A DNA stretch of 64,000 nucleotides from a bacterium (lineage in GTDB: Bacteria; UBA8248): the NCBI GenBank assembly GCA_965219955.1, contig OZ244799.1:512001-576000 (forward strand). The letters run 5' to 3'. The stretch's first letter is position 1. The number at the start of each line of letters is the position of its first letter. Positions 27,543 through 39,038 of the stretch are shown piece by piece. The translations under genes were made by a program, and so were the position numbers. The notes under the pieces are model-generated. The model was not told the origin of the DNA and searched no databases. It saw nothing but the letters and a program-made list of their open reading frames with translations.

Positions 27543-27740
27543 GGCTGTTGAAAAAACGAGTTTCGGGAGCGGGCGCGTTCCCCTCGTCCTGCTTGGCCGC
27601 TGTTTCGAGCTCACCCTGAGTAGCTGCCGAAGGCGGCGTATCGAAGGGCGCTCCCCCTTCGACATGTTCGGGATGGGCTCTTGATGTGCTCGGGCTTTCC
27701 CTCGATACGGCGCGCAAGCGCGTCTACTCGGGATGAGGGA
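27543..27740. repeat. TIR-initiated REP-like cassette (CCCTGAGTAG...GTATCGAAGGG family)
   Basis: GGCTGTTGAAAAAA just after the stop codon; motifs shared with 57236-57395 and 60418-60610. Confidence 0.68.
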
Positions 27741-28010
27741 GAGACGCCGCCGTGCGCTCCCAGACAGGGGAACCACCGCAGGCATAAAAAAGCCACCAAG
27801 GTCCGCGTCATCAATAAACGTCACTGAGAGAGGCGTGGTGGCTATGTTGGCTTCAATATACTCTTCGAGTCGTAGTGATATCAAGCATAATCAGATCGAG
27901 GCTTGCGCTATTTTTAGATGAGATTCACAGAGTAGTTGTCTGCATATCGTGTTCGTTATAAATAGCTACTTCGTTTCGTCTTTTTTATTTCCCAAGGAGG
28001 AAGTTCACAG

Positions 28011-28565
28011 ATGCACCCACTCATCAAGAACCGAAGAAGCCTGCGCGCCTTCAACGGCGTGCCGCCAGAGGCCGAGAAGCTCGAAGCCATGCTCGAGGCG
28101 TTTCGCTGGGCGCCGTCCTCGAACAACCGCCAGCCCTGGCGCGTCATCGTGGTGGAATCAGAAGAGGCGCAGGCGAAGTTCGACGAATGCCTGAACGAGG
28201 GGAACCGCCAGTGGGCGGCCGCCGCGCCGCTCAAGATGATCATCCTCGGAAACCCGGAAGAACAGCCGGAGCGTTTCGGGCAGCAGCGCTACCTGATCGA
28301 CGTCGGCATGGCGCTCGAGAATCTCCTGCTCCAGGGCAGTGACTTCGGGCTGACCGTTCACGCCATGGCGGGCTGGGACGAGCAGAAGGTGCTGGAGGGT
28401 TTCGGCATCCCCGAGCCGTTCCGCGTCGCGGCGCTCTTCGCCGTGGGCTATCCGGGCAAGACCGAAGAGCTGCACCCCGACGTGCAGGCGAAAGACAACA
28501 AGCCGCCCGCGCGCAAGGACCCCGCCGAAATCTTTTTCTTGGATTCGTTCGGCCAGGCGAGATAG
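28011..28565 (+). CDS. Nitroreductase family protein
   Basis: RRSLRAF, WAPSSNNRQPW, DVGMALENLLL. Confidence 0.92.
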   Translation: MHPLIKNRRSLRAFNGVPPEAEKLEAMLEAFRWAPSSNNRQPWRVIVVESEEAQAKFDECLNEGNRQWAAAAPLKMIILGNPEEQPERFGQQRYLIDVGMALENLLLQGSDFGLTVHAMAGWDEQKVLEGFGIPEPFRVAALFAVGYPGKTEELHPDVQAKDNKPPARKDPAEIFFLDSFGQAR

Positions 28566-28753
28566 CCGCGAGGCGTGCGTTTCACGGCGCGTTTCGCGTT
28601 TGACCCTCTTGTCCTAAGCCCCTAGAATCCGGCGGGTTTGCGGGTGAAACTTCCGCCGCCGGGAATTTCCGGGTTCTTCGCCCGGCCCGGCGGATTGCAG
28701 CGGTTCGCGCCGCCCGTTCATCGTCGGCTCTCTCGTCGCGGTAAGGGACTGTC

Positions 28754-29425
28754 TTGTTCTCATCCGATTTCATTCAGCAGCTGCTGATCGCGATACCGGC
28801 CATTCTGCTGGCGCTCACCTTCCACGAGGTGGCGCACGCCTGGGTGGCCGAGAAGCTGGGCGACAACACCGCGCGAATGCTGGGGCGCATCAATCTGAAT
28901 CCCATCGTCCATCTCGACTTGATGGGGACGCTCGCCTTCGTCATCTCCATGGTGGGGGGCGTGGGCTTCGGCTGGGCGAAGCCGGTGCCGGTGGATCCGC
29001 GCAATTTCCGTCATCCCAGGCGTGGGATGATGTGGGTGGCCCTCGCCGGGCCGGCGACGAACTTCATCCTGGCGATCATCAGCGGTTTTTTGTTTTCTCT
29101 GCTGCGCGGCTCGGGCCTGGGCTTCACCTTCGTGGGCGAGCCGCTCATGCTGATGCTGCGGGCGAGCTTCACCATCAACACCGCGCTCGCGGCGTTCAAC
29201 CTGATTCCCATCCTCCCCTTCGACGGGGGGAGGGTCGTCATGGGGCTTTTGCCGAGAAGACTGGCGTGGACTTACTCGCGCAGCGAGCCGTTCGGGTTCT
29301 TCATCGTGCTGGGCCTGTTGCTGCTGGGCGCGCTGCACACGATCATGATGCCGATTTTCGTCGCCCTGGCTACGGCCGAGCAGGTTTTTGTGCTAAATCT
29401 TCTCAGAATCTTCGGTTTGGCGTAG
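28754..29425 (+). CDS. Site-2 protease (M50) family membrane metalloprotease
   Basis: HEVAH, GWAKPVP, ALAGP, FNLIPILPFDG. Confidence 0.92.
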   Translation: MFSSDFIQQLLIAIPAILLALTFHEVAHAWVAEKLGDNTARMLGRINLNPIVHLDLMGTLAFVISMVGGVGFGWAKPVPVDPRNFRHPRRGMMWVALAGPATNFILAIISGFLFSLLRGSGLGFTFVGEPLMLMLRASFTINTALAAFNLIPILPFDGGRVVMGLLPRRLAWTYSRSEPFGFFIVLGLLLLGALHTIMMPIFVALATAEQVFVLNLLRIFGLA

Positions 29426-29462
29426 CGGGTTTCTCGCAGGCGCGCGTATAGAGGACACACCG

Positions 29463-30485
29463 ATGACGGACAGCCAAAACGAGAAGAACCGGCCGACGCG
29501 GTTTCTCTCCGGCGTGCAGCCCTCGGGAAAACTGCACCTGGGCAATTATTTCGGCGCGCTCAAACAGCACATCGCGCTCCAGGACGAGGCTGAGGCCTTC
29601 TATTTTATTGCGAACTACCACGCCATGACGACGGTGCAGGACAGGGACTTGCTTTCGGAGCAGACGCTTGCCGTGGCGATGGACTACCTCGCCTTGGGCC
29701 TGGACCCCGAAAAGGCGGTTTTCTTCCGCCAGTCCGACGTGCCCGAGGTGAACGAACTCGCCTGGATGCTCTCCGCCGTCACGGGCAAGGGGCTTCTCGA
29801 TCGCGCCACGTCGTTCAAGGACAAGGTGGCGCGGGGCATCACGCCCTCGATGGGGCTTTACTATTACCCCATGCTCATGGCTGCCGACATCCTCATCTAT
29901 CGCTCCACGGTCGTGCCTGTGGGGGAAGATCAGGTGCAGCACCTCGAGATGACGCGGGACATGGCGCTCGCTTTCAACAAGGCGTATGGGGAAATCTTCC
30001 CCCTGCCCACCGTCAGACTCGACGCGGGCGCGAAGGTGCCGGGCCTGGACGGCCAGAAGATGAGCAAGAGCTACGACAACACGATAGAGATTTTCGAAGA
30101 GGGGAAACGCCTGAGAAAGCGGGTGATGTCGATAGTCACCGACTCCACCCCGCTCGAAGAACCCAAAGACCCCGGCGCCTGCAACGTGTTCGCCCTGTAT
30201 CAACTCTTCTCCGATGAGGCGGAACAGGGGGAGCTCAGGGAGAAATACCGGACGCCCGGGTTCGGCTACGGCAACGCGAAACAGGTTCTCTTCGAGAAGC
30301 TGGATGCGTATTTCGCGCCTTACCGGGAGGAGCGGAAACGCCTGGAAGGGGATATCGGCTATGTGGAAGGCGTTCTGGCCGAAGGGGGCGCCAGGGCCAG
30401 GGCGGAGGCGCAAAAGACGATGCGCCTCGTGAGGGAGGCGGCGGGAATCCCCGGGATGCCCGTATCGGCTGTCGAAACGACATAA
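29463..30485 (+). CDS. trpS: Tryptophan--tRNA ligase
   Basis: [36 protein letters not shown]. Confidence 0.97.
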   Translation: MTDSQNEKNRPTRFLSGVQPSGKLHLGNYFGALKQHIALQDEAEAFYFIANYHAMTTVQDRDLLSEQTLAVAMDYLALGLDPEKAVFFRQSDVPEVNELAWMLSAVTGKGLLDRATSFKDKVARGITPSMGLYYYPMLMAADILIYRSTVVPVGEDQVQHLEMTRDMALAFNKAYGEIFPLPTVRLDAGAKVPGLDGQKMSKSYDNTIEIFEEGKRLRKRVMSIVTDSTPLEEPKDPGACNVFALYQLFSDEAEQGELREKYRTPGFGYGNAKQVLFEKLDAYFAPYREERKRLEGDIGYVEGVLAEGGARARAEAQKTMRLVREAAGIPGMPVSAVETT

Positions 30486-30501
30486 AGGACTGGATGGGAG
30501 A

Positions 30502-33357
30502 ATGACGACGAACTACAAGGAACTGCTGAACCTGCCCAAAACCTCGTTTCCCATGAAGGGGAACCTGCCCAGGCGCGAGCCGCAGATGCTCGAGTCCTGG
30601 GAGGAGCAGGATATTTACGAAAAAATCAGGGACGCATCGCAGGGCTGCAAGAAATACATCCTGCACGACGGCCCCCCCTACGCGAACGGGCACATCCACC
30701 TGGGCACGGTGCTGAACAAGATATTGAAGGACGTCGTGGTGAAATCGAAGCAGATGGCCGGCTTCGACGCCGTCTACGTGCCGGGGTGGGACTGCCACGG
30801 CCTGCCCATCGAGCACCAGGTGGACAAGGAACTCGGCCGCAAGCGCTTCGAGATCGACGAGGTCCAAAAGCGCAGGATGTGCCGCGAATACGCCGAGAAA
30901 TACATCGACATCCAGCGGGACGAGTTCAAGCGCCTGGGCGTATTCGGGGACTGGGAGCGGCCCTACCTCACCATGAGCTACGACTACGAAGCGGCCACCG
31001 TGCGCGAACTGGCGCGCTTCATCGAGCGAGGCGGCGTGTATCTGGGCCTGAAACCCGTGCACTGGGCGCCGGGCCTGAGAACCGCTTTGGCCGAGGCCGA
31101 AGTGGAGTACGAGGAGGTCACTACGCCGAGCATCTATGTGAAATTCCCCGTCTCGGACGAGCAGTTGCCGGGCTGGGCGGAGAAGATCGAAGGTCTGGGC
31201 GAGGCCGCCCGGGGAACGCCGGTGAGCGTTCTCATCTGGACGACGACGCCCTGGACGCTGCCCGCCAATCTCGCGCTGGCGTTCAGTGAGACTCTCGAAT
31301 ACGGCGTGTTCCGCCACGGGGAGGAGTTGCTGATATTCCACGAGCATTTCCTTCCCCGGTTGAAAGAGCTGGCCGAACAAGAGGGGATGAGCGTCGCCTT
31401 CGAGAAAGTGGCGGGTTTTCAGGGTGGCGCAATCGAGGGCCTGCACGCGCGGCATCCCTGGATAGAGCGCGACTCGCTCGTCGTGAAGGCCGATTACGTC
31501 ACACTCGATCAGGGCACGGGTGTCGTGCACACCGCTCCCGGCCACGGGCGCGAGGACTACGAGACCGGCCTCAAATACGGCCTCGAAGTCTACAGCCCCA
31601 TAGCGGACGACGGGAAATTCACCGACGACGTGGCGCATTTCGCAGGCCAGTTCGTCTTCGATGCCGACCCGAACATCATCACGCATCTTCGCGAATCGGG
31701 CCGCCTGTTCGCGGTGGAGGATTACACCCACCCCTATCCGCACGACTGGCGCAGCCACAGGCCGACCATCTTCCGCGCGACGCCGCAGTGGTTCATCTCG
31801 ATGGAGCACGCCGATCTGAGAAAGCGCTCGCTGGCGGAGATACGAAAAGTCGCCTGGGTGCCGCCCTGGGGCGAGGAGCGCATCTACGGCATGATCGAGA
31901 ACAGGCCGGATTGGTGCATCTCGCGCCAGCGATCCTGGGGGGTGCCCATCGTCGCCTTCCATTGCGAAGATTGCGGGCACGTAGTCGTGGACGCCGAGGT
32001 GGCGCACCGCGTGGCCGATCTGATGGAAGAAGGCGGCGCGGACGTATGGTTCGAGAGACCGGCCGCGGAACTTCTGCCGCCGGGTTTCACCTGCCCCGAA
32101 TGCGGCGGCGCGTCTTTCAGGAAAGAGACCGACATTCTCGACGTCTGGTTCGACTCGGGCGTGAGCCAGGCGGCCGTCCTGGAGAAGAGAGAGGAGTTGA
32201 CGTGGCCTTCGGACATGTATCTGGAAGGCAGCGATCAGCACCGGGGCTGGTTCCACAGCTCCCTGCTCGCCGCCGTGGGCGTCAGGGACGCGGCACCCTA
32301 CCGTGAGGTGCTCACCCACGGCTACGTGGTGGACGGCAAGGGCAAGAAGATGAGCAAATCGCTCGGCAACACGATTGCGCCCGAAGAAATCATCAAGAAA
32401 TACGGCGCGGAGATATTGAGGCTCTGGGTCGCCGGGGAGAACTACAGGGAGGATATCCGCATCTCCCCGCAGATTCTGGACCGCATGGCCGAGGCCTACC
32501 GCCGGATGAGAAACACCTGCCGCTTCCTGCTGGGCAACCTGAGGGACTATGAGAGCTTCGACCCCGTGCAGGACGCCGTTCCCCTGCCCGAGCGCATGGA
32601 GATCGACAGGCTCATCATCAGCCGCCTGGATAAGCTCGTCGAGCGCGTGCGGCAGGCCTACGCCGATTATGAGTTTCACGCCGTCTACCATGCGCTCAAC
32701 AACTTCTGCGCGGTCGATTTGTCCTCGTTCTATCTCGACGTCCTGAAGGACAGGCTCTATATCTCGCTGCCCGACGACGTCGACAGGATATCGGGCGTCA
32801 GCACCATGCACGAAATCCTGGATGCGCTGCTCCGGATGATGGCGCCGATCCTGCCCTTCACGGCGGAAGAAGCCTATCAACTGACGCCGAAACTACACGG
32901 CGAGAGCATCCACCTGGCGTCCCTACCCGAGGCCGACGCCGAGCGGCGCGACGAGGCGCTGGAGGAGAAATGGGAGCCGCTCATGCGCGCGCGGGCCGAG
33001 GTGTTGAAGGCGCTCGAACTCGTCCGCCAGAATCAGGAAAAGGGCAAGGGCAGTTCGCTCAATTTCAGCGTGAAGCTGTTCACCGAGGAGAGTATGCGCG
33101 AGAAGCTGGCGGTCCTGGAACCCGAGATGGAAGACGTGTTCATCGTCTCGGGCGCCGCGCTCGCCGGCGCTGGCGATGCGCCCTCGGGCGATGTCTACCG
33201 CAGCGAGGAGGTGGAGGGTCTGGCCGTCGAGGTGAGCGAGGCGCGGGGGGCGAAGTGCGCCATGTCCTGGAAAATCTCGGAAGACGTTGGTTCGGACCCC
33301 CGCTTCCCCGACCTCTCGGCGCGCTGCGCCCGCATCGCCGCGAAGGTGCTTTCGTGA
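30502..33357 (+). CDS. ileS: Isoleucine--tRNA ligase (type 1)
   Basis: [45 protein letters not shown]. Confidence 0.98.
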   Translation: MTTNYKELLNLPKTSFPMKGNLPRREPQMLESWEEQDIYEKIRDASQGCKKYILHDGPPYANGHIHLGTVLNKILKDVVVKSKQMAGFDAVYVPGWDCHGLPIEHQVDKELGRKRFEIDEVQKRRMCREYAEKYIDIQRDEFKRLGVFGDWERPYLTMSYDYEAATVRELARFIERGGVYLGLKPVHWAPGLRTALAEAEVEYEEVTTPSIYVKFPVSDEQLPGWAEKIEGLGEAARGTPVSVLIWTTTPWTLPANLALAFSETLEYGVFRHGEELLIFHEHFLPRLKELAEQEGMSVAFEKVAGFQGGAIEGLHARHPWIERDSLVVKADYVTLDQGTGVVHTAPGHGREDYETGLKYGLEVYSPIADDGKFTDDVAHFAGQFVFDADPNIITHLRESGRLFAVEDYTHPYPHDWRSHRPTIFRATPQWFISMEHADLRKRSLAEIRKVAWVPPWGEERIYGMIENRPDWCISRQRSWGVPIVAFHCEDCGHVVVDAEVAHRVADLMEEGGADVWFERPAAELLPPGFTCPECGGASFRKETDILDVWFDSGVSQAAVLEKREELTWPSDMYLEGSDQHRGWFHSSLLAAVGVRDAAPYREVLTHGYVVDGKGKKMSKSLGNTIAPEEIIKKYGAEILRLWVAGENYREDIRISPQILDRMAEAYRRMRNTCRFLLGNLRDYESFDPVQDAVPLPERMEIDRLIISRLDKLVERVRQAYADYEFHAVYHALNNFCAVDLSSFYLDVLKDRLYISLPDDVDRISGVSTMHEILDALLRMMAPILPFTAEEAYQLTPKLHGESIHLASLPEADAERRDEALEEKWEPLMRARAEVLKALELVRQNQEKGKGSSLNFSVKLFTEESMREKLAVLEPEMEDVFIVSGAALAGAGDAPSGDVYRSEEVEGLAVEVSEARGAKCAMSWKISEDVGSDPRFPDLSARCARIAAKVLS

Positions 33358-33863
33358 GCCGAAGGCCGGGGCTCAAACCGTTTTTCCTCATTGCCGCACT
33401 CTTCGCCCTGGCCGATCAGGTCCTCAAGCAGATTGTCGACAAGACTTTCGCCCTGGGCGACTCGGTAATGGTGATTCCGGGGTTTTTCAATCTCGTGTAT
33501 TTAAGAAATTCAGGCGGAGCGTTCAGCATCCTGGACGGCCTGCCTCCCCTGTGGGGGCGTCTTTTCTTTACCTGCGCCACCCTGGCGGCGCTGGCGTTCG
33601 TCCTTTATCTGTACCGCACCCACTCGCCGGGGAATCTCTGGGGAAGAGCGGGCATGATTCTCGTCTTCGGCGGCGGCCTGGGGAATCTGGTCGACAGGGT
33701 CGCCTACGGCGAGGTGATCGATTATCTCCTGTTCTATTATGGACAATACCATTGGCCCGCCTTCAACCTGGCGGATTCAGGCATCACGGTCGGGGTCGGG
33801 CTGATGATAGTCGACTTGCTTCGGAGTCCGCCCGAAACCGCATCGAAGGGGAAAGGCGGGTAG
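33354..33863 (+). CDS. lspA: Lipoprotein signal peptidase II
   Basis: GTG overlaps the ileS stop; DQVLK, NSGGAFS, GNLVDR, VIDY, FNLAD. Confidence 0.95.
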   Translation: MSRRPGLKPFFLIAALFALADQVLKQIVDKTFALGDSVMVIPGFFNLVYLRNSGGAFSILDGLPPLWGRLFFTCATLAALAFVLYLYRTHSPGNLWGRAGMILVFGGGLGNLVDRVAYGEVIDYLLFYYGQYHWPAFNLADSGITVGVGLMIVDLLRSPPETASKGKGG

Positions 33864-33920
33864 AGCGATTCGCCCGGGCAGCAGCCGGTTTTCACGAGAA
33901 GTGAGTTTCTTTCCGGAGGG

Positions 33921-34469
33921 ATGGAGATGCTGGGTCCTTTCCCGTTCTCGGGGACGCATGCGAGCCGGAACAATCCCTCCATAGGCTCGGCGACAAGGGC
34001 GCGCGGCTACGCGCGCCATTATCTGTGGAACACGTCCATTTTCTGGGGTTTGGTTTCCCTGGCGTGCATTTCGGGCCTGGGATTTTTGATAGCGCAGCGT
34101 CCCCTCGAAGAAGAGACGCTCTTCTACGCCGCCGCATCCGTTCTGGGCGTTTTTCTCGCCTATTCGTTCTGGAGAACATCGCGCTCGCTCACGGACCTGA
34201 TGAGCGAGCCCGTGAGTTTCGAGGGCCGGGTGGCGTCCAAATCTTCCTATATCTTCTGGAACAAGCTCGCATTTCTGGAGGAGAAGTATCATCTGCAAAT
34301 CGTTCGCGGCGTGGGCATGCGACCGCTGACGCTGGGGAGCGGAAAAAGCGTCAAGGAAGGCTGGTTCCTGGCCGCACAGGGCTATCACGACCTCCTGGCT
34401 CCGGGTGATAATGTCCGGGGTACGCTCTATCCCAGATCGCGCGTCATCGGCGCCCTCGTCAAGGTATGA
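33921..34469 (+). CDS. Hypothetical membrane protein (2 TM)
   Basis: GGAGG RBS, two hydrophobic segments, and a stop that overlaps the next start (ATGA). Confidence 0.6.
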   Translation: MEMLGPFPFSGTHASRNNPSIGSATRARGYARHYLWNTSIFWGLVSLACISGLGFLIAQRPLEEETLFYAAASVLGVFLAYSFWRTSRSLTDLMSEPVSFEGRVASKSSYIFWNKLAFLEEKYHLQIVRGVGMRPLTLGSGKSVKEGWFLAAQGYHDLLAPGDNVRGTLYPRSRVIGALVKV

Positions 34470-35443
34470 GTGTGGCGGAGAAGGGCGGGAGAACCTTTTC
34501 GCTGGTCTGCCGTGAAGGCGCCAGGCGCGTCGATTCGTTTCTGGCCCGGAACCTGACGGAACTCTCCCGCTCGCGCGTGCAGGCGCTCATCCGGGACGGC
34601 ATGGTCTGCGTCGATGGAAGAATCGAGACGAAAACGGCGCACGCCCTCCCAAACGGCGCGCGCGTCGTGGTGACGCTGCCGCCTCCCGTGCCCTCCCACA
34701 TCGAGGCCGAAGATATCGCGCTCGACGTTCGCTACGAGGACGCGCACCTTCTTGTGATCAACAAGCCGCCCGGCATGGTGGTCCACCCCGGCGCGGGCCG
34801 GCGCAAGGGAACCCTGGCCGGCGCTCTTTTGCATCACTGCCGGGGTCAGCTTTCGGGCATCGGCGGGGTGGAGAGGCCCGGCATCGTTCACCGGCTCGAC
34901 AAGGACACGTCCGGCCTGCTGATAGCGGCGAAAACGGATGCGGCGCACGGAAGACTCTCCGCCGATCTCAAGGCGCGCCGGATTCATCGGCACTATCTGG
35001 CCATCGTCCAGGGCATCCCCGCCCAGGGGGGGGGGACGGTAGACGCTCCCATCGGACGCCATCCCGCACACAGGACGGCCATGGCGGTCGTCGGGAGCGG
35101 CCGCCGCGCGGTGACCCACTACGCGGTCCGGGAGGTGCTGGGAGACGCATCGCTTTTGGGCATCAGGCTGGAAACGGGAAGGACGCATCAGATCAGGGTG
35201 CACATGAGCCACATCGGGCATCCCGTCCTGGGCGATCCGGTCTACGGCTTCGGGAGGTTGCCGAGGGGTCCGCGCAAGAAGACCAAATCGCAACAAAAGA
35301 GCCTCATCGGGAGACAGGCCCTCCATGCGCACAGGCTGGTTTTCCGCCACCCCATCGAAGGGGACGAGCGGGAGTTGGTGGCCGAGCCTCCGGCGGATTT
35401 CCTGAAACTGCTGGAAGACTTACGGGAACCGCTCTCTCGCTGA
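34466..35443 (+). CDS. rluD: RluA-family 23S rRNA pseudouridine synthase (RluD-like, with S4 domain)
   Basis: S4-like N-terminus, NKPPGMVVHP, VHRLDKDTSG, TGRTHQIRVH, QALHA. Confidence 0.88.
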   Translation: MSVAEKGGRTFSLVCREGARRVDSFLARNLTELSRSRVQALIRDGMVCVDGRIETKTAHALPNGARVVVTLPPPVPSHIEAEDIALDVRYEDAHLLVINKPPGMVVHPGAGRRKGTLAGALLHHCRGQLSGIGGVERPGIVHRLDKDTSGLLIAAKTDAAHGRLSADLKARRIHRHYLAIVQGIPAQGGGTVDAPIGRHPAHRTAMAVVGSGRRAVTHYAVREVLGDASLLGIRLETGRTHQIRVHMSHIGHPVLGDPVYGFGRLPRGPRKKTKSQQKSLIGRQALHAHRLVFRHPIEGDERELVAEPPADFLKLLEDLREPLSR

Positions 35444-35623
35444 GTGCGTTTCACGCCTGAGCCGACCGGGGCGTCCCAAGGTTTCGTCTCATTCCTTGCC
35501 TACCGTGTTCGAGGTATGCCATAAGAACCCCTGACATATGGAGATACCGTTTCAGGCATTTGAGTTCTCTGCTCCGGTATTCTGGAGGAGAGGCATCAAT
35601 CTATTTGTTCATTGAGGGCTTAT

Positions 35624-36808
35624 ATGAAAGACGTCGTCATTCTCAGTAGTGTTCGCTCGCCGGGCGGGGCCTTCGGCGGCGCGCTCAAAGGCATGACCGC
35701 ACCGGAGTTGGGCGTTCACATCGCCCGCGAGGCGGTTCAGAGATCGGGCGTGGAGCCCGAACATTTCGACGAGACCATCATCGGCCACGGATGGCAGGCG
35801 GGGGTGGGGCCCAATTCCGCGCGGCTCGTCTCGGTGGGCGCGGGCCTTCCCAATGAGACGCCGGCCTACACGATCAACAAGCGCTGCGGCTCGAGCATTA
35901 AGGCCGCAGCCCTCGCCGCGCAGGCGATTCGCGCGGGCGATGCGGAGGTCGTGCTCGCCGGCGGCGTGGAGAGCACGTCCAACGTGCCCTTCGTGAACCC
36001 GGGCGCGCGGTGGGGGAACCGCTTCGGGCACGCGCAGTTTCTGGACCTGATCTACAAGGACGGCTATGAGGATCCCCTCTCGGGGCAGCTTATGGGCGTG
36101 ACGGCGGAGAATCTGGTCGAGAAATACAACCTGAGCCGTGAGGAGCAGGACGAGTACGCGCTCGAAAGCCAGGAGAAGGCCGTGGCGGCCGTCGAAGGCG
36201 GAAAGTTCGCCGATGAGATCGCGCCAATCGAGTTGAAAGGCCGAAAGGGCGAGGTTACGGTTTTCGATAGGGACGAGACGCCGCGCAGCGGCATGTCCAT
36301 GGAAAAACTGGGCCGCCTCAGGCCCGTTTTCGACAAGAACGGCTCCGTCACCCCCGGGAATTCATGCTGTCAGGCGGATGCGGCCTCCGCCCTCGTCCTG
36401 GCGTCGAGGGAGAAGGCGGACGCGTTGGGCGCAAAGCCCGTCGCCGTCCTGCGCGGCTACGCCTCGACGGGCGTGGAGCCCCGCTACATGGGGCTGGGGC
36501 CCGTTACTGCTATCCCTAAAGCGCTCGATCGCGCGGGACTTTCGCTTTCGGACATGGATTTGATCGAGGTGAACGAGGCGTTCGCCGCCCAGGTCATCGC
36601 CTGTGAGAGAGAACTCGAGTGGGACAGGAAGAAGCTGAACGTGCACGGCGGCGCCATCGCCCTCGGCCATCCGGTGGGTGCTACGGGCGGGAAAATCATT
36701 GCCACCTGTCTGAGCGCGCTCGAGCAAAGGGGCGGGCAGTTCGGCGTGGTGAGCGCCTGCATCGGCGGGGGCCAGGGGGTGGCCGTCGTCCTGGAGCGCG
36801 TCGCTTAG
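35624..36808 (+). CDS. Acetyl-CoA C-acyltransferase (thiolase)
   Basis: NKRCGSS, NEAFA, GGAIALGHPVGATG, CIGGGQG. Confidence 0.95.
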   Translation: MKDVVILSSVRSPGGAFGGALKGMTAPELGVHIAREAVQRSGVEPEHFDETIIGHGWQAGVGPNSARLVSVGAGLPNETPAYTINKRCGSSIKAAALAAQAIRAGDAEVVLAGGVESTSNVPFVNPGARWGNRFGHAQFLDLIYKDGYEDPLSGQLMGVTAENLVEKYNLSREEQDEYALESQEKAVAAVEGGKFADEIAPIELKGRKGEVTVFDRDETPRSGMSMEKLGRLRPVFDKNGSVTPGNSCCQADAASALVLASREKADALGAKPVAVLRGYASTGVEPRYMGLGPVTAIPKALDRAGLSLSDMDLIEVNEAFAAQVIACERELEWDRKKLNVHGGAIALGHPVGATGGKIIATCLSALEQRGGQFGVVSACIGGGQGVAVVLERVA

Positions 36809-36846
36809 GCGCATGATTTTATAGTTCAGTAAAACCAGAGGATGAG

Positions 36847-37701
36847 ATGGGAATAGATAAGGCAATGGTGGTGGGCGCGGGTACGATGGGCGCAGGAATC
36901 GCCCAGCTTTTCGCGCAAAACGAGATTCCGGTGGTCCTGACGGATCTGAGCGAAGAGATGGTTGCGAAAGCGATTTCGGGGCTTGAAACGCGAGTCGCCA
37001 GGCGCGTCGAGCAGGGCAAGATGTCTGCTGAGGCGAAAGACGCCGTTTTCTCGCGCATCACGCCTGCGACGGGCTATGCGAAGGCGGCGGATGCGGACAT
37101 TGTCGTCGAGGCCGTTTTCGAGGACATGGATATCAAGAAAGAGGTGCTGGGCGCGCTGGATGAGGCGGCGCCGGAACGCGCGATTTTCGCGTCGAACACG
37201 ACCTCGCTCTCCATCACCGAGATGGCGGCGGCCACATCGAGGCCCGAGAAGGTGGTGGGCGTGCATTTCTTCAACCCGGCGCTGGTGATGAAGCTCGTGG
37301 AGATCATGCCGGGCCTCGGCACTTCGAAAGAGACGGTCGAAGCCGCCCGCGCCCTCGCCGAGCGGCTCGGCAAGACGCCCGTGATGGCGAATTTCGACAG
37401 CCCGGCGGGCATCGGCAGCCGCGTGCTGGCGGGGATGCTGAACGAGGCGGTGGAGGTCTATGCGGGGGGGCTGGCCTCCGCCGAGGACATCGACAAGGCG
37501 ATGAAGATGGGCGCAGGGCTGCCCATGGGGCCGCTCGAACTCATCGACCTGATCGGCGTGGACATCCATCTCGCCAAGACGGAGACGCTCTACCGCGAAC
37601 TGGGCGACACGCGCTATAGGCCGAACTTCCTGCTCCGCAAGATGGTCAAGGCGGGCCACCTGGGCCGCAAGTCCGGCCGCGGCTTCTTCACCTACGAATA
37701 A
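36847..37701 (+). CDS. 3-hydroxyacyl/3-hydroxybutyryl-CoA dehydrogenase
   Basis: GAGTMG, EAVFE, SNTTS, HFFNP, PMGP. Confidence 0.94.
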   Translation: MGIDKAMVVGAGTMGAGIAQLFAQNEIPVVLTDLSEEMVAKAISGLETRVARRVEQGKMSAEAKDAVFSRITPATGYAKAADADIVVEAVFEDMDIKKEVLGALDEAAPERAIFASNTTSLSITEMAAATSRPEKVVGVHFFNPALVMKLVEIMPGLGTSKETVEAARALAERLGKTPVMANFDSPAGIGSRVLAGMLNEAVEVYAGGLASAEDIDKAMKMGAGLPMGPLELIDLIGVDIHLAKTETLYRELGDTRYRPNFLLRKMVKAGHLGRKSGRGFFTYE

Positions 37702-37722
37702 GACTCCCATCCTGAGACGACC

Positions 37723-38874
37723 GTGGATTTTGAACTCAACGACACACAGCGGCTGATCAAGGAGACGGCGGCGGAGTTCGCCCAGAGGCGAATCGTCCCC
37801 GTGGCGCGGGAGAACGACGAGAAAGAACGTTACCCGGCGGACATCGTCGCCGAGATGGGCGCGTTGGGCATGTTCGGCGGACCGATCCCCGAGGAATACG
37901 GCGGTGCCGGCCTCGACTACATCTCCTACGCCATCATGAACGAGGAGATCAGCAAGGCGTGCAGTTCGGTGCGCACCGTCCTGTCGGTGCAGATCTCTCT
38001 CGTCGCCACCACGATCCTGAAGTGGGGGAGCGAGGCGCAGAAGAAGAAATATCTCCCGAAACTCTGCACGGCGGAGTGGATCGGGTGCTTCGGCCTCACG
38101 GAGCCGGACGTGGGCTCGGACGCCCAGCACTTGAAGACCTTTGCGCAGAAGACGCCTAGCGGCTGGAAGCTGAACGGCCAGAAGATATGGATCAGCAACG
38201 GAGGGGTCGCGCAACTAGCGCTGGTGATCGCGCAGACCGACCGCGAGAACCCCCGCAGGATGGCGGCGTTTCTGGTGGAAACCGACCGGCCCGGTTTCGA
38301 GGCCAGGACGATGCACGGGAAGCTGGGGCTCAGGAGTTCGAACACCGCCGAGCTTTTCCTGGCGAACGTGGAAGTGCCCGATGACGCCTTGATGGGGGAG
38401 GTGGGCGACGGCTTCAAGGTCGCGATGAGCGCGCTCGACAACGGGCGCTATTCGGTGGGCGCGGGCTGCCTGGGAATCGCGCAGGGCTCGCTCGAGGCGT
38501 CGGTCGCCTACGCGAAGGAGCGCCGCACGTTCGGCAAGCCCATCGCCGCGCACCAGCTCGTACAGGACATGATCGCCCGCATGGTGGTCGACATCGACGC
38601 GAGCAGGCTCCTGCTCTACCGGGCGGGCGAACTCAAGAACGCAGGCAAGCCGAACACGCGCGAGACCTCCATCGCCAAATACTATTGCACCGAGGCGGCC
38701 CTTCGCTGCGCGAACGACGCCATCCAGATTCACGGCGGCATGGGCTACAGCAACGAGTATCCCGTGGAGCGCTACATGCGAGACGCGCGCGTGGCGACCA
38801 TTTACGAGGGAACCAGCCAGATCCAGAAGCTCATCATCGCAGGCTTTGAAACCGGAATCCGCGCGTTCGCATGA
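37723..38874 (+). CDS. Acyl-CoA dehydrogenase
   Basis: FGLTEPDVGSD, LNGQKIWISNG, QIHGGMGY, IYEGTSQIQ. Confidence 0.95.
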   Translation: MDFELNDTQRLIKETAAEFAQRRIVPVARENDEKERYPADIVAEMGALGMFGGPIPEEYGGAGLDYISYAIMNEEISKACSSVRTVLSVQISLVATTILKWGSEAQKKKYLPKLCTAEWIGCFGLTEPDVGSDAQHLKTFAQKTPSGWKLNGQKIWISNGGVAQLALVIAQTDRENPRRMAAFLVETDRPGFEARTMHGKLGLRSSNTAELFLANVEVPDDALMGEVGDGFKVAMSALDNGRYSVGAGCLGIAQGSLEASVAYAKERRTFGKPIAAHQLVQDMIARMVVDIDASRLLLYRAGELKNAGKPNTRETSIAKYYCTEAALRCANDAIQIHGGMGYSNEYPVERYMRDARVATIYEGTSQIQKLIIAGFETGIRAFA

Positions 38875-39038
38875 GCGAAAAACTGCCTAAGACTTTGAAA
38901 TTCAATCTCTTGAAGCCCATTTCGCCTCACGCGCCATATTTTTCCCAAAATGAACATATATAAAACCTCTTGAAATTCGTTTCGATACGCGGTAAGGCTC
39001 ATGGAGGGCGATAATTTCAGCCGCTAAGCGAGGTTGCC

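Noticed and set aside
30235-32880. 881-aa minus-strand ORF and other long antisense ORFs (e.g. 49684..51024, 53693..55117, 57489..58970)
   Set aside because: They lie opposite ileS, rho, murA and the transposase and have no recognisable motifs.
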